Assembly (NCBI GenBank): GCA_047967505.1
Contig: CM106538.1
Strand: one strand, 5' to 3'
Length of the DNA stretch: 64,000 nucleotides
Source of the DNA: Dipteris shenzhenensis
Taxonomy: Eukaryota
Below, piece after piece: positions 60,640-64,000 of the stretch. Each line of letters starts with the position of its first letter. The stretch's first letter is position 1. The notes beneath the pieces are model-generated. The model worked only from the letters and a program-made list of their open reading frames with translations, ran no database searches and had not been told where the DNA came from. A program made the position numbers and the translations under genes.

Positions 60640-63240
60640 TAACACACAAACATAATATCATTTTGCAAATTGCAACTCCATCAAAATAGCAAGCACAAAG
60701 CATTACCATGCAATTTCCACCCACCATTTGTGCAAACCTTTCAAGGAATACTCCAAAGCATAGGAAGAGTACATGACAAACAAACTTGCAAAGTAAAATC
60801 ACTGTGCAAGTTGCAACCCACAGCAAGCAATACCCAAACAACATAGCAAACCCCCTGCACTAGTAAACGACAGCACTTGGTGAACATACACTTGTGCACC
60901 ATGCAAATTCCACATGCCTTTTGAGCAAACCCTTAAAGGAATACCCAAAAGAACAGGAAGATAATAGGATGGCACATAACAAACAAATTTGCATACTAGT
61001 AAACGTGATCGGTGAAGGAACGAGCACACATACAACATGCAAATTCCATGTGCAATTTGAGCAAACCCTTGGAGAAATACTCCAAAGCACTGGAAGAATA
61101 CATGATGGTTATGATAACATTTAAATGAAGTTTCAGATACCCCCACCAACACACCGCACAACATATCATTTCTCTTTTCTCTTGCTAGCTCTCTCCCCCT
61201 CCGAGGCATATGGAAGCATTACATTAATTAACACAAAACATAAAATAATTCTACAAATTGCAACTCCATCAATTTAAGAAGAAAAAAGTATTATATTAAT
61301 TAGTATAGAGATGATCTTTTCTTCCAACCCCTCTCTCCCCATAAAGCATTAACCAAATTTCAAGATTTTAATGGGAACGTACAAATGAGCACACATGCAC
61401 CATGCAAATTTCATGTGTAATTTGAGCAAACCCTTGGAGGAATACAGGAAGAATACATGAAGGTTGTGATGTCAATGTTTAATCGAAGTTTCAGATACCC
61501 CCACCAACACGCCGCACAAAATATACTTTCTCTTTTCTCTTGCTAGCTCTCCCCCCCTCCGAGGCATATGGAAGCGTTACATTAATTAACACGCAAACAT
61601 AAAATTATTTTGCAAATTGAAATTCCATCAAAGTAAGAAGCACAAATATTATATTAATTAGTATAGAGATGATATTTTCTTCCCACCCCTCCCTCCTCAT
61701 AAAGCATAAACCAAATTTAAAGATTTTGATAGGAACGTACAAACGAGTACACATACACTATGCAATTTCAATGTGCCATTTGAGCAAACCTTTCAAGGAA
61801 TACTCTAAAGCACATGATAACACGTGACAAATGAGCTTGTTCTTGAGTGAAGTGGAGGGGAAAAGTGATACTTTAATTAACATGCAAATGTAAAATCACT
61901 TTGCAAGTTGCAACTCCACCAAAACAAGAAGCATCTCATGCCATAAAAGACCTAAGAGACTTTTTTAAAAGACACATAGCCTCTTATTTTTAAACTCTTA
62001 TATGCCAAACTCCAACGATTTATTAAGAAAGTAGAAACAGACACAAGTGCACCTTGCAAATCCCATGTTCTCTTTCAGCAAACCTTTACTCCAAGGCACA
62101 GGAAGAGTACGGTGGCAAATGACAAACAAAAGTGTGCATGAGCACCATGCTGATTCCATGTGCCATTTGAGCAAACTTTTCAAGGAATACTCCAAAGCAC
62201 AGGAAGAGTACATGATGGCACGTGACAAACAAACTTGTGCTAGAGTAAACTGGACAAGTGCTATATTATTTAAGATGCAAATGTAAAAACACTATGCAAG
62301 TTGCAACTCCACCAAAGCAGGAAGCATCCCATGCCACAAAAGACCCAAGAAACTTTTTTTTAACACATCTTAATTAATATGAAAATGCAAAAGAATTAGA
62401 ATGTAGGAACAGATATACACACACCATGCAAATCCCATGTGCCATTTGAGTAAACCTTTAAAGGAATACTCCAAGGCACAGGAAGAGTACATGGTGGGAA
62501 ATGACAAACAAAAGTGTGCACGAGCACCATGCAAATTCCATGTGCCATTTGAGCAAGCCTTTCAAGGAATACTCCAAAGCACAGGAAGAGTACACGATGC
62601 TACATGACAAACAACTTGTGCTAGAGTAAAGTGGACAAGTAAAGAGCTATATTGACTAATACACAAATGTAAAAACACTATGCAAGTTGTAGCTCCACCA
62701 AAACAGGAAGCAACCCATGCCATTAAAAACCCAAGAACTTTTTTTGACCCACATAGCCTCTTATTTTAAAACCCTTAGATGCTAAATTTCAAGGATTTAT
62801 AAAAAATGTAGGAACAAACACACATGCACCATTGCAAATCCCTTGTGCCATTTGAGCAAACTAGAAGAGTACATGATGGCAAACGACAATTAGAGCTATG
62901 TGCGAGGACCATGCAAATTCCATGTGCCATTTCTACCTACCCTTGAATGAATACTCCAAAGCATAGGAAGAATACACAATGGCAATGATGTCAGCAGCTG
63001 AGAAAAGCACATGCACTCACCCCAATCAAACGCAGAACCAAATGTCATTTCTTCTTTCTCATCTCACCCCCCTCTCTCTCTCCAAATCACAAGAAAGATG
63101 TAGGAATGCCCAAAAATTTGTATGACTAAGAAGACAAAGCATCATATTAATTAGCATGGAAATGTAAAATCATTCCACAAAGTACTACTCCACTAAAATA
63201 AGAACCATCCTATGCCATAAAAGACCCAAGGAAGCACAAT
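60640..63240. repeat. Degenerate tandem array of ~100-400-bp composite units
   Basis: Core CATGCAAATTCCATGTGCCATTTGAGCAAACC-TTCAAGGAATACTCCAAAGCACAGGAAGAGTACATG recurs about 10 times. Higher-order ~360-bp duplication at ~61035 and ~61400. Confidence 0.88.
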
Positions 63241-63280
63241 AGGTAGTAGCGTATTCGGCTAATAGAATATAAGTATGGGG

Positions 63281-63282
<2 letters not shown>

Positions 63283-63325
<43 letters not shown>
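63283..63325. repeat. (GA)n microsatellite
   Basis: Directly visible. Confidence 0.97.
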
Positions 63326-63329
<4 letters not shown>

Positions 63330-63580
63330 TCAATTAGCTAACCAACCAACTATTATAATTAATAAGATCAATTAATTTAATCAATCTAAGTAATCAATTA
63401 ATTATATTTACTCAAACTATCTATGAATTAGTTGCGGTGGCTTAAACCTTAGCAGTGCATGTCCTTAGTGAATGAATGGGCCTAGATCCTTAGTCTTAGT
63501 CTTACATTTGCTCGCCATAACTTTGGAACATATAAGCCTTCACAAGACAATGTAGACCTTGTAATTCGTTACAACGATAA

Positions 63581-63995
63581 TCAATTTAATGTGGTCATTG
63601 TAAGGACTTTGTAGCTTTTTAAAACAACCATATAGTTCCATGTCAAAGTAGGATAGTTTGCCATGTAGGTGTCCGCAAAGTTTATCTTGAGGCATCCAAT
63701 GGATTATAGCAACATCTATCTCGGTAGTGGAGTTCGTAGTTAAAAGAGGCAAAATCCCTAAGTAGAGATGTCTTCTTTCTTTCTTGTGATAAATAGTTAG
63801 CATAAAATTTTCAATGCTATGTGCATATGAATGGATGTACATGGTCAATATAAGGAAGTAGATGGTCCTTGTAAGAACCTATATCGATCTATATGGTCTT
63901 AGAAAGGCTTATGCAACCTAGTCAATTCAATGTGGTCATTACAAGGACTTTGTAGCTTTTTAAAAGAACCATATAGTTCCATGTCAAAGTAGAAT
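63581..63995. repeat. Direct repeat (~70 bp visible) at 63581 and 63922
   Basis: TCAATTYAATGTGGTCATT..AAGGACTTTGTAGCTTTTTAAAA.AACCATATAGTTCCATGTCAAAGTAG occurs twice, ~340 bp apart. The second copy runs to the window edge. Confidence 0.8.
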
Positions 63996-64000
63996 AGTTT

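Noticed and set aside
60640-63240. CRISPR-like repeat/spacer appearance
   Set aside because: Repeats are long and degenerate, the intervening sequences are themselves repeated, there are no cas genes, and the context is eukaryotic.

Overview
Eukaryotic (land-plant, probably fern-like judging by PPR style and element families; inference) repeat-rich nuclear DNA. There is one host gene, near the left end on the minus strand. The listed 579-aa PPR ORF (1757..3496) looks like the last exon of a spliced 3-exon gene (4064-3815, 3699-3623, 3529-1757; 699 aa). That gene fuses an intact OSB/pTAC9-type 'PDF' ssDNA-binding motif (ERLWQEYFRDPSQWWDNRKSK|ATPKSPDFKHKMTKESLWIEGWYNPGWVKDVL) to a PLS-class PPR array with E1/E2 domains. 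This fusion is the most interesting signal in the window. The rest is a nest of transposons. Five Ty1/copia-type families can be delimited, five elements with LTR pairs and 5-bp TSDs: family A (two full-length copies, two truncated), family B (one full-length with 170-bp LTRs, one truncated), a gag-only TR-GAG-like element, an element with an in-frame gag-RT fusion, and a near-intact element lacking a 5' LTR. Also present: decayed Ty3/gypsy integrase hosts, a hAT (DUF659-like) transposase relic, two copies of a ~250-bp hAT-type MITE, a probable CACTA relic, a LINE ORF1 relic, microsatellites and a degenerate tandem array. The same A/B inter-family chimeric junction occurs twice, at 9.72 kb and 26.27 kb.
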